Positions 16,316-25,088 of a DNA stretch of 28,745 nucleotides are shown here, one piece after another. The DNA comes from an uncultured Candidatus Saccharibacteria bacterium (lineage in GTDB: Bacteria > Patescibacteriota > Minisyncoccia > Phycocordibacterales > UBA12088), in the NCBI GenBank assembly GCA_964634575.1, contig CAZWIY010000001.1, forward strand, positions 1-28,745. Reading direction: 5' to 3'. A program made the position numbers and the translations under genes. Positions within the stretch are counted from its first letter, which is position 1. Each line of letters starts with the position of its first letter. The notes beneath the pieces are model-generated. The model was given only the letters and a program-made list of their open reading frames with translations, did not search any database and had not been told where the DNA came from.

Positions 16316-18091
16316 TCAGCCCACTTTTTTCTTTGCAAGAAGTGTTTTAAGCAATCTGATATTGTCTTCAATCTCTTTGAGGCCATCTTTGATGAGGGAC
16401 GGGTCTGCAGGATCAATGCCGATATTGCGAAAAATGTCGTCAGGCCGTGCGCTACCTCCCGCTGTAAGAAACTGATCTATTTTTTGGATGAATGCAGGAT
16501 CTTCTTTGTAGTGGCGCAATAGGATTTTGCTGATGAGCTGGCCGTAGGCGTACGAATAGACGTAAAAGAAATTGCGAAAGTGCGAGACGAGCACGAAGAG
16601 ATAGCCATCGTCATCGGTGACATTCACTTTGGGACCAAGGTAAGCGCGCAAATGTTTTGCGAGTAGTTTGGCAAGTGCGTCGTGCGTGAGCGAACCTTCC
16701 GTGCGCACGCGCGTATGAAGCTCGAGTTCGAAGTTAAAAAAGGCGATTTGGCGGAATATGGTCGATATATCTTCTTGGATGTGATCATGAAGCGCCATGA
16801 TTTGTGCTTTTTCCGGCAGGGTTTCAATGAGGCGATCGAGTGCGAGCGCTTCAAAGAACGTACTCGCGGTCTCTGCGGCGGGAATGACGTAATCTTTGTA
16901 GATCGTCGGTTGCGTGCGGCTGCGTTCGCTATGGATCGCATGCCCCATCTCATGCGCGAGGGTGGTAAATGAACGGATATCATCGGCCTGATTAAGCAGT
17001 ACGACGGTCGGTGTGTTTGACGTGTGCGAACAAAACGCACCGCCGGCTTTGCCTTTACGCGGATAGACGTCGATCTGCCCGTTCTTGGCCATTGTCTCCA
17101 AAATGCCGGCATAGATCGGATCCGTTTTTTCAAGCGTGGCATGAAGCAAATGATACCCTTGTATAAATGGAATATTGATTTTAGTCTTCCCGACATCGGC
17201 GGCATAATCAGCCAGCGTAAGCTTCTTCATGCCGAGCATATCGGCTTTTATTTTATAAAATTCATGCGCGATCTTGAAATGTTCGGTAACAGTTTCTACC
17301 AACGTCTCCACGACTTTCTCGTCGTTTTGATACCGCAGAATGGTCGAAGAATAAGGCTTTTTATAGCCCCGCAATTCGTCTTCTATTTTTTTGTCAGTCA
17401 CGACCGCATTGAGTTCGCTTTCGGCGAAATCGCTTACAGCGCGGAGTTTTTCCTGACAGAGCGCATGCAACTTTGCCCGGTCTTTCTGATTGGAAGTGCG
17501 CATGAGGGCGCGTGCCGCATCTATGGTCAACTCGGTTCCCTTCCAGTGCACCATCTGCTTGGTGAGTACTTTGTTGAAGCCGGTAACCCAAAGCGTATGC
17601 GACGGCAGGGATTTGAGGTTGAGAATCTTTTCTTCGCTTTCTCCCAGGTTATGCTCGCTTTGCGAAAAAATCACCCAAAGAAGATGTCTGAAATGAGCGA
17701 ATCGTTCATTTTTTAAAATCGCTTCCTGGCGATTTTTATCGAGTCGTCCCAATGCAAGCTCGAAGAACAGCACTTTGTTATGGGCTTTTGTAAAGCGATC
17801 TGAGAGAAGCGGGATCTGCGCCGCCGCGATCTTATCCGCACTGTTGAGTTCCTGACGATACCAAAAATAGACGAGCGGCTTTTGTCCGCCAATGCTTTCC
17901 AACAATTCCTCATAATCGAGAAGTGCTTTGAGCAGCTTTGTGTCATCGACAAAGATGTTGGCATCATTGCGATAGCGCTTTTCAAACGACATACAAGCCT
18001 GTTCAATGGCTTGTATGTCACGTTCTATATTTGGATCTTTTTCAGATTTGTAGAGGAGGCCGAGATTCCAGGCAGTCTTGAGAGCGGACAT
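16316..18091 (-). CDS. pepF: Oligoendopeptidase F (peptidase M3B)
   Basis: W.L..LY N-terminus, IDVYPRKGKAGGAFC, LAHEMGH (HEXXH), AETASTFFE and FYVYSYAYG. Confidence 0.88.
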   Translation of the reverse strand: MSALKTAWNLGLLYKSEKDPNIERDIQAIEQACMSFEKRYRNDANIFVDDTKLLKALLDYEELLESIGGQKPLVYFWYRQELNSADKIAAAQIPLLSDRFTKAHNKVLFFELALGRLDKNRQEAILKNERFAHFRHLLWVIFSQSEHNLGESEEKILNLKSLPSHTLWVTGFNKVLTKQMVHWKGTELTIDAARALMRTSNQKDRAKLHALCQEKLRAVSDFAESELNAVVTDKKIEDELRGYKKPYSSTILRYQNDEKVVETLVETVTEHFKIAHEFYKIKADMLGMKKLTLADYAADVGKTKINIPFIQGYHLLHATLEKTDPIYAGILETMAKNGQIDVYPRKGKAGGAFCSHTSNTPTVVLLNQADDIRSFTTLAHEMGHAIHSERSRTQPTIYKDYVIPAAETASTFFEALALDRLIETLPEKAQIMALHDHIQEDISTIFRQIAFFNFELELHTRVRTEGSLTHDALAKLLAKHLRAYLGPKVNVTDDDGYLFVLVSHFRNFFYVYSYAYGQLISKILLRHYKEDPAFIQKIDQFLTAGGSARPDDIFRNIGIDPADPSLIKDGLKEIEDNIRLLKTLLAKKKVG

Positions 18092-18094
18092 CTT

Positions 18095-18817
18095 TTAGAG
18101 CGTCTTCTTGATGTTGGCTTTTGCGCGCAATTGTGCAACCTGATCGTTTATGAGCGCGCCGGTTTTTTGTTGCAACAGCTGGCTTTCGATCGTACTTTTG
18201 ATGTCTTCAAATTTTGGAGCACCTTGCTGGCCCTTGAATTGCTGGTCATATACCGCCTGCACTTCTTCTGGCGTAACCGTTGCCGACTTGATATCGGTGT
18301 TAGCATCGAGATATGCCTGAATGATTTTCTCATTGCGAAGGTTGGTGCGCAATTCGTCTTTCGTCATGCCCACTGCTTCGAGCTGGCCCTGGAGCGTGTC
18401 TTCACTACCGAAATTTTTAACCAGGTCGGCGTAGGCCGCGTCGACGTCGGCATCGGTCACGGTGACCCCCGTCTTTTTTGCTTCTTGGAGCAAAAGCGTG
18501 GTATTGATCATTTCATCGAGGACTCCTTCGCGAAGTGAGGCGGTCGAACTCGCATCGAGTTGTTGTTGAGTGCCGACGGCGGTTTTGACCTGATTAAAGC
18601 GTTTGTCGAAATCGGCGCGCGTGATAGCTTCACCGTTGATCATCGCGACCGAAGCGGTGCCGCCCGTAGCGCTGGGGAGACCGAGCTTGATGTAACCGAA
18701 CGCATGGAGTGCGGCGACTGCGCCGATCGCTACCAAAAGAGCAACGAGACCGCCGACTTTGAGCGTCGTGTTGCTTTTGCCAGTACCTTGAGCAATGTCT
18801 TGTTCTTGTGAATCCAT
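18095..18817 (-). CDS. Membrane-anchored SurA N-terminal-domain chaperone (no PPIase domain)
   Basis: N-terminal TM segment, then VAMINGEAIT, VLDEMINTTLLLQEAKKTGVTVTD and C-terminal LRAKANI. Confidence 0.8.
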   Translation of the reverse strand: MDSQEQDIAQGTGKSNTTLKVGGLVALLVAIGAVAALHAFGYIKLGLPSATGGTASVAMINGEAITRADFDKRFNQVKTAVGTQQQLDASSTASLREGVLDEMINTTLLLQEAKKTGVTVTDADVDAAYADLVKNFGSEDTLQGQLEAVGMTKDELRTNLRNEKIIQAYLDANTDIKSATVTPEEVQAVYDQQFKGQQGAPKFEDIKSTIESQLLQQKTGALINDQVAQLRAKANIKKTL

Positions 18818-18873
18818 AGTATGTTTAATTGATTTTCAAGCATTGTACCAAACCATGTCCGAAAGCACAAATG

Positions 18874-19368
18874 TCAGCCTTTGAAGTATTCATCACTGAC
18901 ACCTTCAAGCTTTTGGTCGGCCGGTATTTCGATAAAGTTGAACTGTGCGGGTCTGCCATCGATAAGCGCGCTCATAGCGGGTTTGGGCGGACCGTCGAAG
19001 GTGACTTGGAATTGCTTGGGAGTAACAACCTGGGCGCATGTAGTCGAAGCATCGGGCGCTACGGTCGTAAAGCGAATCTCAACGGTGCTGCTACCTTGCC
19101 CGATGAAAAATGGTTCGGCGGTAAGGGTGTGACAGGCGCTTGGTACGGGCAGCTGGCCAACAATGAAGTGTTTGCCGTTTTTGAATTGATGCTGCGCCGT
19201 GATGACTTCACCAGCGGTGTTGCTGGCCGGGGGCATCATCTCCGGAGTGGAAGTTGCCGATGGTGTCGTGGTACGGTGCATATAAATCGTGTACCCGAAT
19301 ATTCCCGCCGCGAGAAGAATGATACAACCGACCGCGATCATAAGTGGCGTGTTGAGACGATAGTTCAT
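18874..19368 (-). CDS. Membrane-anchored extracytoplasmic protein with a Cys pair (164 aa)
   Basis: N-terminal TM segment, Thr/Pro linker, then PSACH...TCAQVVTP. Confidence 0.75.
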   Translation of the reverse strand: MNYRLNTPLMIAVGCIILLAAGIFGYTIYMHRTTTPSATSTPEMMPPASNTAGEVITAQHQFKNGKHFIVGQLPVPSACHTLTAEPFFIGQGSSTVEIRFTTVAPDASTTCAQVVTPKQFQVTFDGPPKPAMSALIDGRPAQFNFIEIPADQKLEGVSDEYFKG

Positions 19369-19380
19369 GATGAACAAATG

Positions 19381-19599
19381 TTATTGCACTGCCTGGACTG
19401 CCGCGGCAGCACCTTCCGGATGACCTGGTGGCGTGGGCAAGGTGTTTGCATTGGGCAATACCTGCGCAGTACGCGCTTGATGGATAAAATCGGCCATAGT
19501 ACGGTTCTTTTGATCTTGCCACCACAGATATGAAAACCACGTGAACGTCACGACCATAATAATGCTGAGGACGAGTGGTTTTTGTAAAAAATTGAGCAT
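19381..19599 (-). CDS. Small single-TM protein (72 aa)
   Basis: PLVLSIIMVVTFTWFSYLWW followed by a P/A-rich tail. It fills the gap tightly between co-oriented genes. Confidence 0.65.
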   Translation of the reverse strand: MLNFLQKPLVLSIIMVVTFTWFSYLWWQDQKNRTMADFIHQARTAQVLPNANTLPTPPGHPEGAAAAVQAVQ

Positions 19600-19623
19600 G
19601 ATTGCGATAAGCGGGTTATATGA

Positions 19624-20493
19624 TTAATTATCTTCCATAGTATGCGCAGTTGTATCGCTGCACAAGCGGTCGATCTCTTCGAGTGTTGATTGTTGCGCAT
19701 GTGCCGATATGCCTATGGTACGCAGTATCTCTGGTTTCTTTTGCAGCGTGTTGCACAGGATGATGCCTTCAGCGATTAAGCGTCGTTTGTCGGCGGCAGA
19801 AAGCGATGTGAGGGCGGTGATGGGATGTGCGTGCGTTTGTTCGATGATATCTTGCAGGTTGCCTTCGGCTGGGTAATTCCAGCCGATAAGCGTGAGTCCT
19901 GCGCAGGCGGCATACTCGACGGCTTGTGAGGTGAACTTGGTATTGGTGATGAGATATGCATGATCGAAATGCGGCACGGCGTTTTTGTCGGCTGCGTGGC
20001 GTGCGTGCAAGTCATCGAAACGGGCACGGACATAGAGTGCGACTTTGATATCAGTGCGCATGCCAATATCGTTGTGGAATTTGAGTTCGGCTCCCATGGT
20101 CGTGCCGTCTTTTTTTGCGATGACGTCAAGTTCGTGGGTGACGCATTTGCCGGGCAGCGTGATGCGCGTCGTCACCTCGTATCCTTGCGCGCGAAAGAGT
20201 TCGCCGACAAAATCTTCGAACGGATACCCGGTCGGGCCCAGCGACAGCAGCGCGCGGCGTAAAGAATAGCGCGATGCCGCACGACGTTCATGCGTCTGCA
20301 ACAGGTCGTACGCCCGATGGTAAATATCGTGCGTGGTATAGCCGCCGTGCAATTCGTTACGGATATTCTCCAGGATGTCGCTTACCGCTTCTTGCGAAGC
20401 CCCTGCCCGCTCCAGTGAATGTTGCAGCTTATGTTCATCGAACTTTTGACGCGAACCGTCTGATTTTATGATTTCAATTGCATGCGTTGACAT
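19624..20493 (-). CDS. ATP-cone domain fused to an Mrr-like PD-(D/E)xK endonuclease domain
   Basis: IIKSDGSRQKFDEHKLQHSL.RAG (ATP-cone); FEDFVGELFRAQGY, ELDVIA, AELK and LITNTKFTSQA..YA (restriction-endonuclease type IV/Mrr-like). Confidence 0.8.
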   Translation of the reverse strand: MSTHAIEIIKSDGSRQKFDEHKLQHSLERAGASQEAVSDILENIRNELHGGYTTHDIYHRAYDLLQTHERRAASRYSLRRALLSLGPTGYPFEDFVGELFRAQGYEVTTRITLPGKCVTHELDVIAKKDGTTMGAELKFHNDIGMRTDIKVALYVRARFDDLHARHAADKNAVPHFDHAYLITNTKFTSQAVEYAACAGLTLIGWNYPAEGNLQDIIEQTHAHPITALTSLSAADKRRLIAEGIILCNTLQKKPEILRTIGISAHAQQSTLEEIDRLCSDTTAHTMEDN

Positions 20494-20514
20494 GCGATCA
20501 TTGTACGCTACCAG

Positions 20515-21579
20515 CTACCGCTCTTCAATAACGCCTCCGCCCAAGCATATATTTTCATCGTACAGTACGAGCGATTGACCGGCAGGTACGAATGCTTGCG
20601 GTTCAAGCAACGTCACTGTCGTTTCGTCATGGTGTATGTGGTCGATACGTACGCGAAACAATTTTTGACGATAGCGCAATCGGGCATCATACACCTTTCC
20701 CTCTTTCGGTTCGGTAAGCCAGTTGGTCTGCGAGAGTCTAATCGTCTGCGATTTTACGCCGTCGATATCGCGAACGGGCGTTGCACTGACAGTGACGGTA
20801 TTGTCTTCGATGTTTTTTTTAACGATGTAATACGGCGCGTCATGCGGTGTTTTTTTGGTGATCGCGAAGCCGTGGCGCTGACCAGGCGTCAAAAAGACGG
20901 CGCCATCGTGATAGCCGATCACGTTACCGTTGAGATCGAGTACATCGCCTTGTTTTTGTTCGATAAAGTGCGCAAGGAAATCGTGCATGTCGAGTTTGCC
21001 TAAAAAGCATACCCCTTGGCTGTCTTTCTTGGTAGCGGTATGAAGGCCGAATCGCGCGGCCTCCGCACGTACCTGGACCTTCCGGAGATGACCGATAGGA
21101 AACTGTATGGAGGGCAACTGTGCTTTTTTTATTTTCCATAAAAAATAACTCTGATCTTTCGCTTCGTCGACACCTTTCAGGAGTTGGTACGTGTGGTTCT
21201 GTGCATGCACCTGCGCATAATGGCCGGTGGCTACGATATCGGCGCCCATAGCTTTCGCTTTTTCATAAAAGATACCGAACTTTATTTTGGCGTTGCACAT
21301 GATGTCGGGGTTGGGAGTGCGACCGTTTCGGTATTCCTCGATCATATAATTGCCGACTTCGCGCTTATATTCATCTGCGCAATCGAGTTCGACAAACGGT
21401 ATGTTCAGTGTCGCACATACACGCTTTGCGTCCGTGCGGTCGTCGCGCCAGGTGCATGTCAAAAAATCCGGTTGCCACACACGCAAAAAAACGCCCACCA
21501 CGTCGTGCCCCGCTTCTTTCAAAAGTGCGGCGGACACCGATGAATCGACGCCGCCCGATATGCCGACAAATGCCTTCAT
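20515..21579 (-). CDS. mnmA: tRNA-specific 2-thiouridylase MnmA
   Basis: SGGVDSS PP-loop, TPNPDIMCNAKIKFG, ATGHYA, KDQSYFL, DSQGVCF and GQSLVLY motifs. Confidence 0.97.
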   Translation of the reverse strand: MKAFVGISGGVDSSVSAALLKEAGHDVVGVFLRVWQPDFLTCTWRDDRTDAKRVCATLNIPFVELDCADEYKREVGNYMIEEYRNGRTPNPDIMCNAKIKFGIFYEKAKAMGADIVATGHYAQVHAQNHTYQLLKGVDEAKDQSYFLWKIKKAQLPSIQFPIGHLRKVQVRAEAARFGLHTATKKDSQGVCFLGKLDMHDFLAHFIEQKQGDVLDLNGNVIGYHDGAVFLTPGQRHGFAITKKTPHDAPYYIVKKNIEDNTVTVSATPVRDIDGVKSQTIRLSQTNWLTEPKEGKVYDARLRYRQKLFRVRIDHIHHDETTVTLLEPQAFVPAGQSLVLYDENICLGGGVIEER

Positions 21580-21605
21580 GTCACGATCAAACCACGCTTT
21601 GTCGC

Positions 21606-22628
21606 TCAGTTCAAGTACATCTTTTTATACCTCAGATGCTGGTCGTATTTTTGGCTGTAATGCATCGTGCCGCTTTTATCGGAAAGATAGAAGAGGTATG
21701 ACGATTCGATAGGCGTGACCGCGGCCTTGATACTCGCAAGGCTCGGGTTGGCGATAGGTCCCGGCGGCAAGCCTTTGTACAAGTACGTGTTGTAGGGCGA
21801 ATCTATCTTGAGGTCTGAAAATTTTGGATGATACGTATCGGTTTTCTTGATGTAGCCGAAGACCGCGTCGACCTGAAGCGGCATATTTTTATTGATGCGG
21901 TTCCAAAGGATACCTGCGATCGTGCGGCGCGACACCGGCGTGCGGGCTTCCTTTTCCAAGATCGACGCCATCGTCAGCACCTGATCGAGCGGTTTGCCGA
22001 AATCGGCGATGAGTCCTTCGATGGGTTCGATGCGTCGATAGAAATTTTGCTCCATAGTATCGATCACTTGCGCGGCGGATGCGTCGGGAAGAAAATAATA
22101 GGTATCAGGAAATAAGTATCCCTCCTTGTTTGCTGCGAGGGTCAAAAATGTCTGTTCATCGAAATGTCCGAGTTTTTCCGAAAAGATCTGCGCCATGTCG
22201 TAGGTGGTCGACCCTTCGGGGACAGTGATCTTGACCGGCAACATACCGTAATCGCCCGTCAGGAGACGTTGCGCTACTTCAAAGACCGACAAAGGGCCGC
22301 CGAAGAAATAATCGCCCGCCCGTACGCGTCCCTCGCCCCGATAGACGATGACGATCGCACTCAATGCGCTCGATGAACGGACGACTTGTTCGTCTGCCAA
22401 CAGATTTGCCGTTTGTTCAAGCGTCAGGCCGTCGGGAATATGCACAATGGCGTGTGCGGGAAATGCGGTCGGTGGCGTATAGAGGAAAAAATATCCATAG
22501 CAACAGGTAATGATCGTTGCGACTACGGTCATTCCCGATACGGTGAGCAGACGTTGTCCAACCATATGCAGGCGCGTGCTCCACGTAGTCAACGATTGTG
22601 AGGTAAAACGGGGTATGGGTATTTTCAT
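21606..22628 (-). CDS. mltG: Endolytic transglycosylase MltG (YceG)
   Basis: N-terminal TM segment, TVPEG, EGYLFPDTY, ASILEKEA (catalytic Glu), SPYNTY..GLPPGPIANPS. Confidence 0.93.
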   Translation of the reverse strand: MKIPIPRFTSQSLTTWSTRLHMVGQRLLTVSGMTVVATIITCCYGYFFLYTPPTAFPAHAIVHIPDGLTLEQTANLLADEQVVRSSSALSAIVIVYRGEGRVRAGDYFFGGPLSVFEVAQRLLTGDYGMLPVKITVPEGSTTYDMAQIFSEKLGHFDEQTFLTLAANKEGYLFPDTYYFLPDASAAQVIDTMEQNFYRRIEPIEGLIADFGKPLDQVLTMASILEKEARTPVSRRTIAGILWNRINKNMPLQVDAVFGYIKKTDTYHPKFSDLKIDSPYNTYLYKGLPPGPIANPSLASIKAAVTPIESSYLFYLSDKSGTMHYSQKYDQHLRYKKMYLN

Positions 22629-23869
22629 ATAGGCAAATTTACGGGAGCTTCACGACGTGTCGATGGGATACGCTGCAAGGTCGGCGTCTGAATGACTGCG
22701 CCAGGGATGTGGATAAGTGTCGCAAGTTCCTCGCCGGACAATACATAGCTGGGTGTTTTGTATGGCGCATAAAACCATGAACGGCGACGATATGCGTCAA
22801 ACAGCCGTACGCGCTCCCTGTTTTGGCGGTACTCTTGATAATCTTCCCACGGATAATCGTACTCGAAAAGATACCGCGTGCCGCCGATGGCATTGTAACC
22901 TGGCGGACCATAGAGCTTGAACGTATTGAGAAAACCCGCGATGGTCGTACCTTCAAATACGCCTTTGCGCGCAAAATACATGCCGCGTATGCCAACGTCG
23001 AAATGGTGCTGTTTGTAGAGCTTGCGTTCAATGCCTTTGATTTGCTCTTTTTGCAACTCGCTCAACACTTTGTATTCTTTATCGGTAAAGTAGGTGGTAT
23101 CGGCAGGCGAAGAACGGATCTTTTTCAGCGCGGCCGCAGCACGCGTGTTGATGTCGCTAATCCCGATTGGCGTGCCGGGAATGGACGGTTCTTTTTTATG
23201 CACGCGAAAGAGAAATTGATACCAAAGATATTCGTCTTTGCCCATCGAGCCCAAGAACTCGATGAAGGTCGCGAATGGATCCATTTTTTCTTCTTCTTTC
23301 GTGATGCTTTTATCAAGTTCGAAGTCGATGTAGGTTTTGATCGGGAACGGGTCGGGACCGAGCTTGAAGTCGCAGCCCCACAGCTCAAATGTGTCGAGTG
23401 AGAATGGAAACTTGGCTGCATAATCTTCGGCGGGCACGATCTCGACCTCCGGATATTGGGCATAAAACGCCCGTTCAATGTGCCGTCGAAAACCCGCGCG
23501 CGTCCAGATATAAAAATGCACCTGCCCTTCCATGGAAACGATCTCGAATGAAAACCACGGACGTACCGCTCCGTCGAAGAGTCGCTTCAAAAAGGTGGAC
23601 TCGCCAGGTCGCAAATGCAGCCCGTTAAAAACCGCTTCCATCGCGGCGGGAGTTTTGCGCACCTCGGCCGGCAGGCGTATTTCAAGCACTATATACGTCT
23701 GCTTTTCTATATAGCGTGCACGACGGTAGGTGATCCATTGCTGCCATGCGGCAAATGAAAAAACGATCGGCATCCAGATCGGGCCGTACGAAAAGACGAT
23801 ATCAAAACCTTGAAACAGCGCATGCCATGACGGGCCCTGAAACATGCCTTGTAGTAAAGAAGGTTCCAT
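22625..23869 (-). CDS. Conserved hypothetical membrane-anchored protein (414 aa)
   Basis: One N-terminal TM segment, then LEIRLP, FSFEIVS, AQYPEVEI, FPIKTY and L..EELATL.H.P. Overlaps mltG by ATGA. Confidence 0.75.
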   Translation of the reverse strand: MEPSLLQGMFQGPSWHALFQGFDIVFSYGPIWMPIVFSFAAWQQWITYRRARYIEKQTYIVLEIRLPAEVRKTPAAMEAVFNGLHLRPGESTFLKRLFDGAVRPWFSFEIVSMEGQVHFYIWTRAGFRRHIERAFYAQYPEVEIVPAEDYAAKFPFSLDTFELWGCDFKLGPDPFPIKTYIDFELDKSITKEEEKMDPFATFIEFLGSMGKDEYLWYQFLFRVHKKEPSIPGTPIGISDINTRAAAALKKIRSSPADTTYFTDKEYKVLSELQKEQIKGIERKLYKQHHFDVGIRGMYFARKGVFEGTTIAGFLNTFKLYGPPGYNAIGGTRYLFEYDYPWEDYQEYRQNRERVRLFDAYRRRSWFYAPYKTPSYVLSGEELATLIHIPGAVIQTPTLQRIPSTRREAPVNLPI

Positions 23870-23871
23870 GA

Positions 23872-23902
23872 AGTATCTTCAAGTATACCAAAAAGTATAG
23901 CA
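23872..23902 (-). promoter_or_regulatory. Tandem extended -10 elements
   Basis: TGcTATACT (23902..23894), TGgTATACT (23890..23882) and GATACT (23877..23872), upstream of the ATG at 23869. Confidence 0.5.
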
Positions 23903-23952
23903 GACCAAGGGCGATGAACATATGCCCTAAGACGGCGGGCTGTGTAAAGCGC

Positions 23953-24990
23953 TTACGCGCGCAGCATGTACCGGCCGTCGGTGTCGCGTTTGAAGAGCGT
24001 CGGATCCTGCAAGTTGATGAGGATCGTGTTGTCTTTGACGTAGCGTTCTTTGCGTACATGGTCGATCACATCTTCGCGGCTCAGTGGTCCGTGTTTCTTG
24101 AGTATGTCGGTAATGACGTCTTTGACGGCGCCAGCGGCGTAGCCCCATTCTTTGAGGGCGTACATGCCGCGACCCACCAACACGAATCGGTCATCCTTGA
24201 TGAGTTCGTTGTGACAAGTTGCCTCGTGTGCCTTGCGGTCAAACAACTCGGTGATCGCTTTGGCGACCTCGCGGAAATGCATCGGCGAGCCGTGACGTTT
24301 GATCACCAGATATGCGAAATCCCGCATGCCTTTGGCCCGAACGTTGGGCGATTCAGCGCGACCCCATTCGCCAAGGGGATTTTTGCCGATCTGTTTGGAC
24401 ATGGAGAGCCAGCGCTTGATGATTTCAGCATCTTTGTACTGCGCATTGAGATGTTCGACTTCTTTCAAAAATGCTTCGATCATTTCCGATTCGGGAATGA
24501 GATCGTCGTCGGAGATATTTTGGTACAGCGTGCGGAGCGATTTCTTTACTGTTTCCGCGATATCGCCATCGACATGCCAGCGATGATGAAATTCTTCGTC
24601 TTCTTTTTCTTTGATAAAGGCGTCGCCGATTGTCAGGAGAAAATGAATATGATTGCGCGTTGAGATATCTTTTGCGACCGTTTCGAGAAAATCTTCCTCG
24701 GGCACGACGGCGCCCAGTGAGTCGATGACCTCTTTGAGCTCGTTGAATGCGTCACGTTCTTCTTTATACGCATCCGATTTGCGGATGCTGGCGAGCGCAT
24801 AGTTCTCGATCTGGCGTACACGTTCACGTGTGATACCATACTCTTGCCCGATTGCTTCAAGCGTCGAAGATACGGCGCTTTTATCGAGACCGTACCGCTT
24901 GGTGAGCACATCGCGTGCGCGGTCGGGCAGCACGGCAAGGAGCTTTTTGGTGACCACTTTTGGCTTAAATGTTAGGTTTTTCATGCTCAT
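23953..24990 (-). CDS. Sigma70 region-4 HTH protein with C-terminal winged-HTH (HARE-HTH/RpoE-delta-like) region
   Basis: LPDRARDVLTKRYGL...TLEAIGQEYGITRERVRQIE; no sigma region 2; C-terminal PMHFREVA...FVLVGRGMYALKEWG. An alternative start is at 24984. Confidence 0.75.
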   Translation of the reverse strand: MSMKNLTFKPKVVTKKLLAVLPDRARDVLTKRYGLDKSAVSSTLEAIGQEYGITRERVRQIENYALASIRKSDAYKEERDAFNELKEVIDSLGAVVPEEDFLETVAKDISTRNHIHFLLTIGDAFIKEKEDEEFHHRWHVDGDIAETVKKSLRTLYQNISDDDLIPESEMIEAFLKEVEHLNAQYKDAEIIKRWLSMSKQIGKNPLGEWGRAESPNVRAKGMRDFAYLVIKRHGSPMHFREVAKAITELFDRKAHEATCHNELIKDDRFVLVGRGMYALKEWGYAAGAVKDVITDILKKHGPLSREDVIDHVRKERYVKDNTILINLQDPTLFKRDTDGRYMLRA

Positions 24991-25088
24991 TATTAATTTA
25001 TAGTTGCGCTATTATGATATATTTCTTGTATCAAGTGCAAACAAGATTATCACATATATAAAGTAGAGTCAAGTTTATCCCCATCTGC

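Noticed and set aside
19624-20493. NrdR or a restriction-modification system
   Set aside because: There is no N-terminal Zn ribbon as in NrdR, and no methyltransferase gene nearby.
23908-23928. agggc...gccct hairpin after the sigma-r4 gene as a terminator
   Set aside because: The stem is short and has no U-tract on either strand.
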